Source: Thelocarpon superellum
Taxonomy: Eukaryota
Reading direction: 5' to 3'
Length of the DNA stretch: 64,000 nucleotides
Assembly: GCA_026025795.1 (NCBI GenBank)
Contig: JAPEUG010000007.1
Location: 1-64,000, forward strand
The translations under genes and the position numbers were made by a program. Below, piece after piece: positions 1-11,511 of the stretch. The notes beneath the pieces were generated by a model. It made no database searches, had not been told where the DNA came from, and saw only the letters and a list, made by a program, of their open reading frames with translations. Position 1 is the stretch's first letter. Every line of letters begins with the position of its first letter.

Positions 1-1590
1 CGAACTGCACTGACCTCCCTGACGATCAACAGTCGACGACCTGTCGTAGAGGTCTTTGCCTTCAGCACCTGCTGGCTGGCGAAGAAACGTTCAGGTAGAG
101 ACGCTTGATATTCGGCACAGGCTTGGCGCGATACATCTTTGATACGTAACTAACGACGGCCTGGGCGAGGAAGGCCGGGGATCGAAAGACTTCCTAGTCA
201 ATCGTTGGGGTCACGTGATACTTGACGCGATCGGGCCCTTGGATGGGCGGAGCTTCAGCGAAACAGCATGGATGAGGGAGCTTACCAGCCGACGGCCACT
301 GGTCTGCGCATCCCCCAGAGCCTGGAACAACCACCCTCATTACTAGCAGGCAAGCAAAGCTAGTTGGGGCTCCTCTATCGACCGAGCGGGTAGTCTGGAG
401 TACTCTTTGTTGTATCAGCACAGACATTCAAACCAGTATAGGGTACCTCGAAGCACAATAAGCATCTTTTTCTTCGCTGGTAGAGTTGGGGGAGCACAGG
501 TTAGTGCCCGCCGGTTGTAACAGTAGGATGATAGGTCAGACAAGAAGACACGATGTTTCCTGAATCTAGCATCTGTGATCCATGCTGAGCCAAGGTTCGG
601 AATGCATGCTACGGTCTGTAATCGTAGGGCAGGAGCACGAAGTCGCTGTCCTGTATGGTCCTGCAATCACCTCCAACTGCACAGACATGAATCACCCTGC
701 TACCCGAGCCAACAGAGAGATGGTTAGGTACCCGCCTACCGCACGATCCTGGTATGAGCAGTCATCAAGTTGCCGCCCGCATCTTCCACTGACACCGTGA
801 CGTGATACTCGCTTAGCGGCCATGAAGGTCCTCTCTACCATTGTCCTAGTGGCTGGGGAGCTTACATAGTATGGAACCGGCACAAGCACGAGCACGAGCA
901 CCAGCAACTTTGCTCTCAGTGACCAAGTTCGGGGCCGGCCGTTCCAGGCATCCGGCCCCCCTTCCGTACTCGTCCCAGCACCCGTCGTCGCGACGCTTTA
1001 GCTCCTGGGCTAGGCGGACATGGGTTGCTGTGCCCGTTCGCAACAGGGATTTGGGCAAAGAGCAGGGCTCGTGCATCCAGCTGGGAACTGGTCGATGTCA
1101 CGCTGGATGTGGAGAAGAGGGCAAAGGGCGGACGGTGAACGTGCAACGGTACCAGCACTTTGGGCTCCCCAGCAGCGGTCGCGTATGGTACCGGAGGAGT
1201 GTGAGTACATACTCGTAGCGACGCTAACGCCACCATCGACGCCGAGGGCAACGCCGTCCTCGCACGAGAACTTGTACTACTATGTCACATAGTTTGTACT
1301 TGTAGATCCTCCCCATGCTGCTGTATGACTTCATCTCTCGCTCTCGCCTGTTTCTCCCCGTACTTGCTCACACCACCATCACCAACACCACCATCCTCTC
1401 CATCATACCCCATCTGTCACATCTCTGACGTCCGTGATCTCCTGGTGTGAGCTGCAGGCGGCACTGCTCGAGGGCGATTCTTCCGCGTACGTCTCTTGTG
1501 CCTTGACCCGCTGCGTCCGCTGACCGGGTCCTAGCGTGCGTTGCGCTGCGCGACACTGATCCCGACGGCATCTCCCCCACGTCGCCCGTT

Positions 1591-4500
1591 ATGGCTGTGC
1601 CGGTGAATGGCCGACCCGTGGAGTCCAATGGCTCTCTCGTCAAAGGCCCGCCAACCAAATCGTCCCCACCGAAATCAACCCGACGGCGGGTCGGCGTGGT
1701 CGGCAGATCGGTCGACATCCTCGCCCGCCTCTTGACCTGGTATCTGATCGTCACCATCTGCTTCCGGTGCCCGGCAACGCCCAGCGCTCTTACCGAGAGC
1801 TCGCCACGCGTCTGTGGCCCGTACCTCACTGCCCGCGGAGTCGTCGCCCCGTACCTCACCCCCTATTACCATACCTATGCCGCCTCCTATGTCGACACCG
1901 CACGACCATACGTTGAGACACTGACTACCAAGGTCATCTCTCCCGCTCTCGGCTTCGGGCAACGTCACTACGAGGCCTACGCCGCGCCAGGGGTGGATAA
2001 GGCGCGTACCTATGTCCATCAGGAGTGGAATAAGACCGTGCGACCCCACCTGGACCGCGCCACCGATCGTGCCTGGGAAGAATATGACAGCCGTTTGGCT
2101 CCCCACATGTCCCGTGCGACGCAGACCGTCTGGCCCTACTATCAGAAGGCCAGCGCGCAATCGGTCACCACCTACGAGGCCCATGTGCGACCTGCCGTGG
2201 TGGCGTCCGCGGCCCACGCCCAGGTGGCGTACGATTTGGCCCACTCCTTCGCCGTGACGACCGCCATTCCCTACGCCGAATGGACTTGGACTATCACCGC
2301 GGTGTTTGTTGAGCGTTCCGTTTGGCCGCGGGTGCGAGTGCTCTACGGTGAGAATGTAGAGCCCCAGCTGGTGCGCATCGGCGAACGCCTGGGACGCTAC
2401 CGCGATGGGCGACGGATCAAAGCGGCGGTGGATGAGGTTGACATCGCCTCGCAGTCATCCGCTGCGGCCGCAAGTCTCTCGTCCGTCTCGACCGCGGTAT
2501 CGGCAGATCATGCCGCCTCAAGCGTACCCCCACCCGCGAGAGACGATCCCTCGAGCGCACCAGTCCCATCGGAGCCGTCAGCCGAGGTGACGCCCGATCA
2601 GCAGGAGAAGGAAGCGCGCGAGAAGATTGCCAGTGACTTGAAATTGTGGCAACAGAAGTTCGCCAAAGCCGCCGACAAGGGCGCGGAGGATCTTGAGGAG
2701 CGGGTGTCGGAGATTACCAGCCGGCAGATCGAGCAGCAGGTCAATGGCGTTGGGGAGGCGCTAATCGTTCAGCTGGAAGAAACGGAGACGGCAGAGCTCA
2801 GCACGCTCAAGAAACGCATTCTCGCCATCGTGTCCACCTTACCCGAGCCCGCCAACCCGAACGACGTTGAACAGGCCGTTGACGACGTTTCCACCGCTCT
2901 CAAGGCGGCTGGCGCCGCCATCAAGCGCCGCGCACAGGCGCTGCGGTCGTGGAAGCAACGGTTTGACACGGAGACGGAGACTCTGATCAACGCGGCGTCG
3001 GCGTCGACGCTGGATGTGATCGATAATATCCGCGACCTGGGCCTCCAAGAGATCGGCATGCGATGGGCCTGGATGGAGGGCGTCACTTACAAAGACTGGT
3101 CCAAGTATCATCAGCTGCGCCAAACCTTTGATGAGTGGCGCGATGAGGTTGAGGAGGTCGCGCGAAAGCACGAGGGCCTCACCCGCGCCCAGAATGCCGC
3201 CGCGGACCTGGAAGAACGCGCCATGTCCCAGGCTGAAGATGCTGCCCGGGAGCTCTGGCGGCTGAAGGAGGTGGGCAATTGGAAGATCAATGCTCATGAC
3301 ACCACCGACGACTTCAGCGACAAGATCGTTCCACCTGCCGCCGCAAAGGCAGCCCATCAAGTGCGCGAAGGCGCGGAGGCCTTGAGTGACGCCATCCCCA
3401 TCGCCGCATCCAACGTTGCGTCCGGCATCAGCTCAGCGGCCGGTCAAGCGTCCTCGCACGCCGCGGCGTATGTCTCGGCCGACGGCATCGACTCGGACGA
3501 TCCCATTCTCTTGTCGGGCCCACAAAAGGTCATGTCCGATGTTGTGGACGAGGTGACAGATAGCCCATCGCACGCTAAGAGCGTCGTCTCTGCGGCATCA
3601 AAGAAGATCGGGAGCGTGGCATCGGACGCCAGCGAGGTAATCGTTGGTACGCCGCCGCCGGCGCACGAATCGGTGGTCTCCAAGGTATCCGAGACCGTTG
3701 ATGCCGCAGCGTCCACGCTCTCGAACGCGCTCCCCCTCTCTGTGGAGACGGATCTTTCGAGCCTATCAGAGTCCGCCACCTCGGTCATTTCCGCCGCCGC
3801 AAGTGGCGCCTCGAAACAGGTCTTTGCCGGCGCGTCGGCACAAAAGGTTCACGAGCGGAAGCCCATTTTCGACGACCGAGTGTCCGAGGGGGATGAGGCC
3901 CACTTCTCCGATACGCTCCAAAGCATGGCGCATGGGTCGGCCGAACGCCTCGCCGAGCTGACCAGCGCGGTCAGTGAAGCACTGCTAGGGCCGACGACGA
4001 CCGCGGGGAGCGTGAGCAGTATGAAGTCGGTCGCGAGCGAGCAATATTCCAGTGCGCTTGCGGCCGCCAGCAGCGTGCTGTACGGGCCCGCGCCCGATCG
4101 ATTCCAGCAAGCCGTGATGGCGTGAGTATTCCCCTCAGTCCACGAGTAGGAGCAGCCCTGGCTGAGATTGTGTAGGGCTTCCGCCGTGATCTATGGCACG
4201 CCATCGCCGACGCCGTATGCCATTATTCAGGAGGCCAGTTCGAAGTATTCGGCCGCCCTCAGCCAAGTACGCGAAGAATATAGCGCCGCCAAATCCGCCG
4301 TGTCGTCTCAGATCTCAGGGAAGCCGAAACCTCTCCAGGAATGGGCGTGGTCCTCACTTGACGCATCTTATTCTGACGCGATTACCGCGGCGAGTGGGAA
4401 CCTCCAAGCCGTCCTCTCGGCCGCGTCCACGGCCGTCTATGGGACGCCGACGTCCGGTGCTAGCGCCGTCCGCGCCGCAGCGGAAGCGAGACTCTCTGGG

Positions 4501-5949
4501 GCCGTTGCGGCCGCATCGGCTCAATGGGCGCAGGTGCGATCGGCAGTGAGCACTGCACCGACCACCTCGTCCGAGTCTATTCTCTCCGCGGCAGAACAGC
4601 AGTATGCGGATCTCCTCAAGTTGGCGAGCTCCCAGTATGCCGTCGCTACGGCCGCCGCATCCAGCGCCTACTACGGACCGTCGCAGGGCGTGCTGGAATC
4701 CATCTCCTCCGTTGCATCGTCCCGTCTTTCCGAAGGCCTCCGCGAAGCGTCATCGCAATATACTAGCGCGCAGATCGCGCTCGGTGCACAACCCACCCCC
4801 GCTCCGCAACAGGTGCTGGCCGAGGCACAACGTCGATACTATGAGGGTCTTGGTCTGGCTCACGAACGGTATTCGCAGTTCGTCGTAGCCGCATCTAGCG
4901 CCGTCTACGGTACGCCGACGGGGTCAATTGAGTCCCTCACCTCCGCCATCTCAGCGCAGGCCGAGTCCGCTGCGTCGGTGGCCAGCAGCCACGTCATCGG
5001 CTCCGAGACCCCGTGGACGGAGAGCGTGGCGTCCGCGGCGTCGACCAATTGGGACGCGGTCATCTCGCGGGCCAGCGAGCAAGTCTACGGCGCCCCCACT
5101 CCCTTCTCCGAGTCCGTCTGGTCTCAAGCCGGAGACTACGCGGCGCAGGCCACCGCGGCTGCCGCGGCGAAGTATGGCGCGGTGCAGGCGCTTATCTCGG
5201 ACCTGGTGGTCGGACGCGAGCCCGACTTCACGGAGAGTGTGATGAGCCGTCTCAGCTCGGCCTACCACACCGGTGCGGGAGCGGTCGCGTCGTCGGCGTC
5301 GAGCTACGCCAACGAGGCGTATCAATCGGCCTCCTCCGTCGTGTCGTCGGTCTTCAGCCCACCGCCCACGGTGGAAGCGATCCTCGATTCGGCCAGCGCG
5401 CATATCCACTCGGCTGTGGACGCGGCGAGCGTGCAACTGTACGGCACCACGAAAGGGTCGTTTGAGGAGGCCACGTCCAAGGTGGCCGACCAGTATCAGT
5501 CGGTCCAGTCGCAAGTGAGCGAGGCGGTGTATGGGCCTCCTTCGGGCTACGTCGATGCCGCGCACGCGCAGGTCTCAGATGCCGCCGCGTCCGCCCAGTC
5601 GGCCATCTCCGTTGCCATCTACGGTAGCCCGGTGGGGACGACGGATCGCATCACCAGCGGCGCGGGCGAAGCGTATGCGTCCGCATCTAGCGTGGCCTCG
5701 GAGCAGTTGTCGGCCGCCAAGTCCCACGTGAGCGAGGCCGTCTATGGACCCGAACAGGGCGCCATCGAAAGCGCGCAGGGCCGGCTCGCGGCGGCGGTGG
5801 AGAGCGCGCAGCTCCGCCTCTCTGCGCTGGTGGACCAGGCGGGCGACGGCGCGGCGACGGCGGTGCAGTCGGCTCAGGAGCACGTGGCGAGCCTGGCCAG
5901 CCGCGTGAGCAGTGCGGGGGTCCCAGGCGCCAGCAAGGATGAGCTGTAG
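1591..5949 (+). CDS. She10-like ER/membrane coiled-coil protein with Ala/Ser-rich repeats and C-terminal KDEL (about 1434 aa; family often mis-annotated 'transcription factor hoxa13')
   Basis: ORFs 1591-4125 and 4168-5949 join in frame via intron 4122-4175 (GTGAGT...GCTGAG...TAG; GC|G=Ala). There is a hydrophobic segment near aa 43-59, conserved-looking motifs LGLQEIGMRWAWMEGVTYKDWSKYHQL and VFAGASAQKV, and the protein ends ASKDEL*. Confidence 0.8.
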
Positions 5950-6564
5950 CGGACGGCGTGGGCCGCGTGTGCATTGATTTTTGAGCGAGCGGCTGATTCC
6001 CCCTTGATACGCCGTCATGATGATTCCCTCGTTGTCGTCACGCAGCTTGATTCTCCATCCTTCCCCATCTCGGCATTGTACGATAGCCAGCTTCGTCCAG
6101 TCTTTGGCCACGGCTTGCTCCTCTCCCGATTACTATCCTTCTAGAACATCTGTTCGTCATCTTCTCTTCCAGCGTCGGCGGGGGCACCTGTCAGTGGTGG
6201 CGATCTGGCCGCGGTGGCGCCGTCCTTTCATGTATATCACGAAGAAGCGCCCAGTGCGCCTCTCGATCGCCTGGCTCGCGTGGTGGTCTCCGGGCGAATA
6301 ATGGGTCATCGACCGTTGCATTTGTTCAGTAGATCCTTGGGCGCATACTGGGAGCGCTGCTGCGGTGTTCAGAGTGAGCGTAACTAGACTAGCCTTCATG
6401 CAGGGCTCAGGTGAAGCCGTCCGTCGTCGTCGTCGCCGTACGGCGCCGCGTACTCCTTCCTGCCTGTCGGGTCTGCCGGCCTTCCCACCTCCACCTTCCC
6501 CCCCGTACACGCGCACTCCACCCCCTCCGCAAGCGCCTTGCCGTCCGTGGATCTCTTCTGCAAC

Positions 6565-7415
6565 ATGGCGACCAATCCGCTGGACAGCGAGCCTCCGCCA
6601 TTGATCACCGTCGTGACCGTTGGCTCACTGTTTGCCGTGTTGGTCCTCCTGATCGCCGCGTACGTCTTGTCCCTCCGCGTGCTCGCCCGTGACACGCCCA
6701 CCAGCCTCCGCGTCATCTACATCTGGCACGCGTTCGACGCCCTGATCCACCTGCTCCTTGAAGGCCCATTCTTGTACAACTGCTTCTTCGAATATGCCCC
6801 CGGCACCAGCCCGGACAATTTTCTGTCGCAGCCGTTGCGCGTCTACGGTCCGGCCTATGGCACATCGCCGCTCTCGAAGCTGTGGCAGGAGTACGGCAAG
6901 GCGGATGCGCGATGGCTGGGCGCCGATCTGACCATCATCAGCCTGGAGATCCTGACCGTCTTCATCGGCGGGCCGCTGGCCGTGTACGTGTGTGAGCGGA
7001 TGCAGAAGCAAGACCGCATGGTCTGGTTCTGGATGGTCATTCTCGCCACCGGCGAGCTCTACGGAGGTTGGTGGAGCATCGGGCGGTGCTCCCTTTGCGC
7101 TGGCTGACGTGTGCATGTGGAGGCTTCATGACCTTCAACCCCGAATGGCTTACGGGATCGTTGAATCTGGATACGTCCAACGCCATGTACCTGTACGTTT
7201 CTGCTTGACTTCCACCCCGTCCGCCGCCCCCGCTGATCGGCCTCAGATGGCTCTACCTGGTCTTCTTCAACGGCCTCTGGGTTGCCCTACCGCTGTACGT
7301 CCTCTACGAGGCATATGGCCAGCTACACACCGCTTTCTCGGCCTTGGACGGATCATCGAAAACGAAAGGCCGCAGAGGCGGTGCTGCGGCAGGAAAGGAG
7401 AAGAAGGCGGCCTAG
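6565..7415 (+). CDS. EBP/EXPERA-domain (emopamil-binding, sterol isomerase-like) ER membrane protein, about 246 aa
   Basis: Motifs WHAFDALIHLLLEG, LWQEYGKADARW, GELYG-GFMTFNPEW and YLVFFNGLWV. Introns 7067-7122 (GT...GAG) and 7193-7246 restore the frame. C-terminus is KEKKAA* (KKxx ER-retrieval signal). Confidence 0.88.
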
Positions 7416-8351
7416 CGACTGCTGCAAGCAACCTCGACTGATCTTGGTGACATGTCTTGGGAGTGCCCGTTCTACTCTAGGTCACTTTAGGAGCGAGAGT
7501 GTGCGATACCACGGGTTGCGGTGTGTTGTGAAGGTCCGAACACAAGGACAGGACGGAGTACTTTGTTCTCAGGCGACGTCCTGCTGAAGTCAGGCCGTCT
7601 GGAGCTGCCGGACGTAGGAGATTTGCGGGGTAACTAACTAACTAGCAGCTCCCTGAAGACCCTGCTGCCATGCTGCCCAAGCTGCCCCTGCATGCAGTCG
7701 TTGGTCAGCTGCCGAAGTCAGGTTTAGAGACGAAGGACGATCCCAGTGGCAGGCCCTGCTACCCTGCAGTTCGAGATTCACTCGGATGCTGTAAGACCGT
7801 ACAACCATCTCGAATTCGTCTGGTCAAGGTGCTTTCAAGGTGCCACTGGCCCAATGCTGTAACGTGAAGCCTGACCAGATCCCAAGACGCCCGACCGGAG
7901 GTTTCCGCAGTCATCGGCGCCCGCCTGTTCGGGGAAAGGAAGAAATCCTCTCTCCACAACAGCATCTGCAGGCGCCTCCAACATTATCGTAGATCTCACA
8001 TCCTGCGACTCGTCAGCAAAGACACGGACACGGACACGCACTTCGCAGTTGCGGTGTGGGGGAGGATGCTTCTACCCGCACGCAAGAGGCCGTCGAGCGC
8101 AGCTGCGGCGCCGGGGAGGAGGCAAATACGCGGCACGGCGGCTCGATACGCCTGGACTCGTTCGTCGGTAAGCGATACCAGCCGCCCGGCTGACCGCTAC
8201 CCCCACTTCCCACGGTCTTGCGGGCGAGGCAAGGAGTATAACTGGATGGCGAGATGGTCGGGCGTGGACCGGTGCCACGGCGATATAGGATGACTTCGCC
8301 CTGGTCTACATCCACGTCAGATGGTGCAGCTCTACCGGCATAGCCGCTGAT

Positions 8352-11307
8352 ATGGCGGAGTCACAGACGGGTTTGCTGGACCTTGAGAGGGAGCTGACCT
8401 GTTCCGTATGTGCACTCTCCCGGTTCATTCCTCGTTCTCGTGCTGTCAGCTTCATATCCTGACGGAACACGATAGATCTGCACCGAGGTCCTCTATCAGC
8501 CACTGACCCTGCTCGACTGTCTCCATACCTTCTGTGGCGCATGTCTGAAGGCATGGTTCGAGCTGCAGGCCTCCCGTCCAGCACATCCCCATCCCTATAC
8601 CTGCCCGTCATGCCGAGCCCGGGTGCGAGAGACGCGGCCCAATGCCACCGTCACCACGCTCCTCGACATGTATCTACAGGCCAATCCGGGCAAACGCAAA
8701 CCGGAGCAAGAGAAGGCCGAGCTGGCACAAATCTACCGGCTCGGAGAGTCCGTCCTCCCACCCATTGGGGGCGGATCGTCTGAGGGCGCCAACGACGAAG
8801 ACCGCCGCCTGCTGGAGGAGGTGAGGGAGCTGAGTCTACGAGAGATGAGAGGGGAGGGAGGTCGGAGACAGGATTCATTGGAGGTGAGACATCCTCGAGA
8901 GTCCAGGTCTGGGCGGCGCTCGCGTGAGCCCAGCCAGAGCAGCAGGAGTACGGAGGAGCGACGAAGGACGCGCCACCACAGCCGGCAGAGGAGCACGGGA
9001 GGACCTCCAACGGATCGACCGAGCACCAACCAGATCCGTCGTCCATCCGTCCAGTCCCCGTCGCCAACCCCGGCGCGGCAGATTGAGCACCAATCGAGTC
9101 TACGATCATTGTTGAGTGCATCCGAGGTCGAGTCGTCGGAGATGCAAGAGGAGATCATGCGACAGATCATGGAGGAAGGACTACTGGACGGTATCGATCT
9201 GTCCAACATCGATGTCTCGCAGGAAGATGAGATCAGCGAGCGGATTGCCGAAGCCTATCGCCGGCGGCAGCGCGAGCGGGCGTCAGGCCACGACCGACGG
9301 CGGAGCGACACGGGTAATACGCGACCGGTCACCCAGGGAGAGGCGCGAAGTGTCCGGCACGTTCGCTCTCGAAGTACCTCCTCACATGGAACCGATCGAA
9401 CGCACCTGACTCCTCGTACCATCCACGTCGGCGTGGCCTCGGCCGAGGCTGCATCGGAAAGACGGCGACGACGATCGAGTGCCCCTCGACGAGACACGGC
9501 ACCGGCCCCGGCCCCGGCCCCGACATCGTCGGTCTCATCGGTCTCGTCTGCCTCCGCTCCTACGCATGGTGATGTGGTAGCCACCACCGGGTCGGTCGCG
9601 GATCTTTCTAGCCGGTCTCGAGTATCACAATCGGCGCAGCCACAAGCGTTGGAGCGGTCGCCGAGTGATCGAAGCACTATCGATGCCGACGATCGTTCAG
9701 GGACCAGCAAACACGCGGTTCGAGGCGAGCGATCAGCTTCGGCTCGATCGAGCCTGGATCAAAACGAGCATGCGCTGCACAGCCAACGTAATCGGACGGG
9801 AGCATCTCCAGCCACGGCCTCACCGCAGCTCGGTCATTCTCGGAATCCCAGTGACGTACAAACCCCTCCAGTGTCCCCTCGGCTCGACCTGCCCACCTCA
9901 GCTCCATCTCCAAGGACGGCGGCGACGGGAATACCCGCGCCAATTTCCTCGACCCGAAGTCGGCCCGTTCTACATCCTGAACCGTCGATATCTTGCGATC
10001 GATGCCAGAAGCAACATATCGAATACTCGATTCATTTCAATTGCGGCAAATGCAACGATGGCATCTACAACATCTGCTTGTCATGCTACCGACAGAATCG
10101 AGGGTGCAACCATTGGTTTGGCTTTGGATATGGCGCGTGGACGAAATATGAACGACTGGCACCTCCGGGCGGATATCCGCCCAATCACCCTCTTCCACAT
10201 ACCTTGACGGGACGGCGATACATCCGGCCGAAGCAGAATGTGGTGTCCGACCACACAAAGAAGGCATTGTCGATCGAAGACCCGGCGCAACGACTCCAGG
10301 AGGGATCCTTCTGCGCCATCTGTCTGGCGTTTGCAAAAAACTGCTACTGGAAGTGCGATGCCTGCAACGAGGGAGAATGGGGGTTCTGCAACCCTTGCGT
10401 CAACAAAGGGCGGTGCTGCACGCATCCACTCCTGCCGTCGACCCATCTTGCGTCCTCCAACGACACATCGACCCTCCAGCTTCCACCAGGGGCGTCTCTC
10501 CTCTTCGGATCTAACGTCATCGAGCGCGGCCCGCGGAAGGCGCTGACCTTCAGCACAAAGTGCAACATCTGCCATCTCCCCATCCAGCCGTCGATGACGC
10601 GTTTGCACTGTCCGGAATGCAGCAAGGGCGACTCGGCGCACAACGTGTGCACGCCGTGCTACATGAAGCTCGAGAATTCGGGCCACGTCAGCCGCGAGAA
10701 CGGGCACCAGGGATGGCGACGGTGCGCAACGGGCCATCGGATGGAGATTGTGGGCTTCGAAGACGGAGACGGAGGCCGCAAACGCGTCGTGGTGAAGAGG
10801 ATCGTGGGCGGTGTTGCACTGCGCGTTGAACCGCCAGCCTCACCATCTCCCTGCGATCCCACCACCTCCTCCCCTACACCGCTTCTTCGATGGAGCTGGC
10901 GCGACGGCGGGCCCAACGGCCACCGGTCCGTTCGAGTCGTCACGGCACTCGCATCGGCGACCTCCTTGCCGGCCGCCCCCCGTTCGTCCCCGCCCATCTC
11001 GCCGTCGCAAGTCCCACCGTCTCCTTCTCCGTCTCACACTTCGCCGTCCTTGAGCCCCCTCCCTGCTCCCTCCTACCCTCTATCTCCGTCTCCCGTCCTC
11101 CCGCCTAGCGGCGGATACGGCCTGCGCGCCGTGGCAGCATGGAGCTATTTTCCCGTGGCGGGGATGCAGGACGAGCTGCTGTTTCCACGCGGGGCAGAAA
11201 TCCGCGAGATTGACACCATCAACGATGCCTGGTTCTGGGGTGTCTATGCGGGCGTTGGAGGTTTGTTCCCGGCGCCTTATGTGAGAGTGTTATCTGACGT
11301 GACGTGA
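8352..11307 (+). CDS. RING-finger (C3HC4) protein with ZZ-type zinc fingers and a C-terminal SH3 domain, putative E3 ligase, about 961 aa
   Basis: Exon 1 MAESQTGLLDLERELTCS, intron 8406-8475 (GTATGT...CTGAC...TAG), then ICTEVLYQPLTLLDCLHTFCGACL...CPSCR. Cys clusters CDRC..CGKC..CLSC, CAIC..CDAC..CNPC and CNIC..CPEC..CTPC follow. SH3-like tail AAWSY...DELLFPRGAEI...WFWG...GLFPAPYV. Confidence 0.85.
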
Positions 11308-11511
11308 CATGAGATGTGATGATGAACGTACGAATCGACGAAGTTGATTCCTCGTCCTCTCCTTTTCATTCCGTACCGTACCGTACCGTATCATACTTTC
11401 GCGTCGCATATCATCGAATCGAATCACATCAAGTCGCGTGGCAAAGGGAAGCAAAGGGCAAAGAACCGCACTGGCGCAACGAGGCGCCCGAAAGACAAGG
11501 CAGCGAGACAA

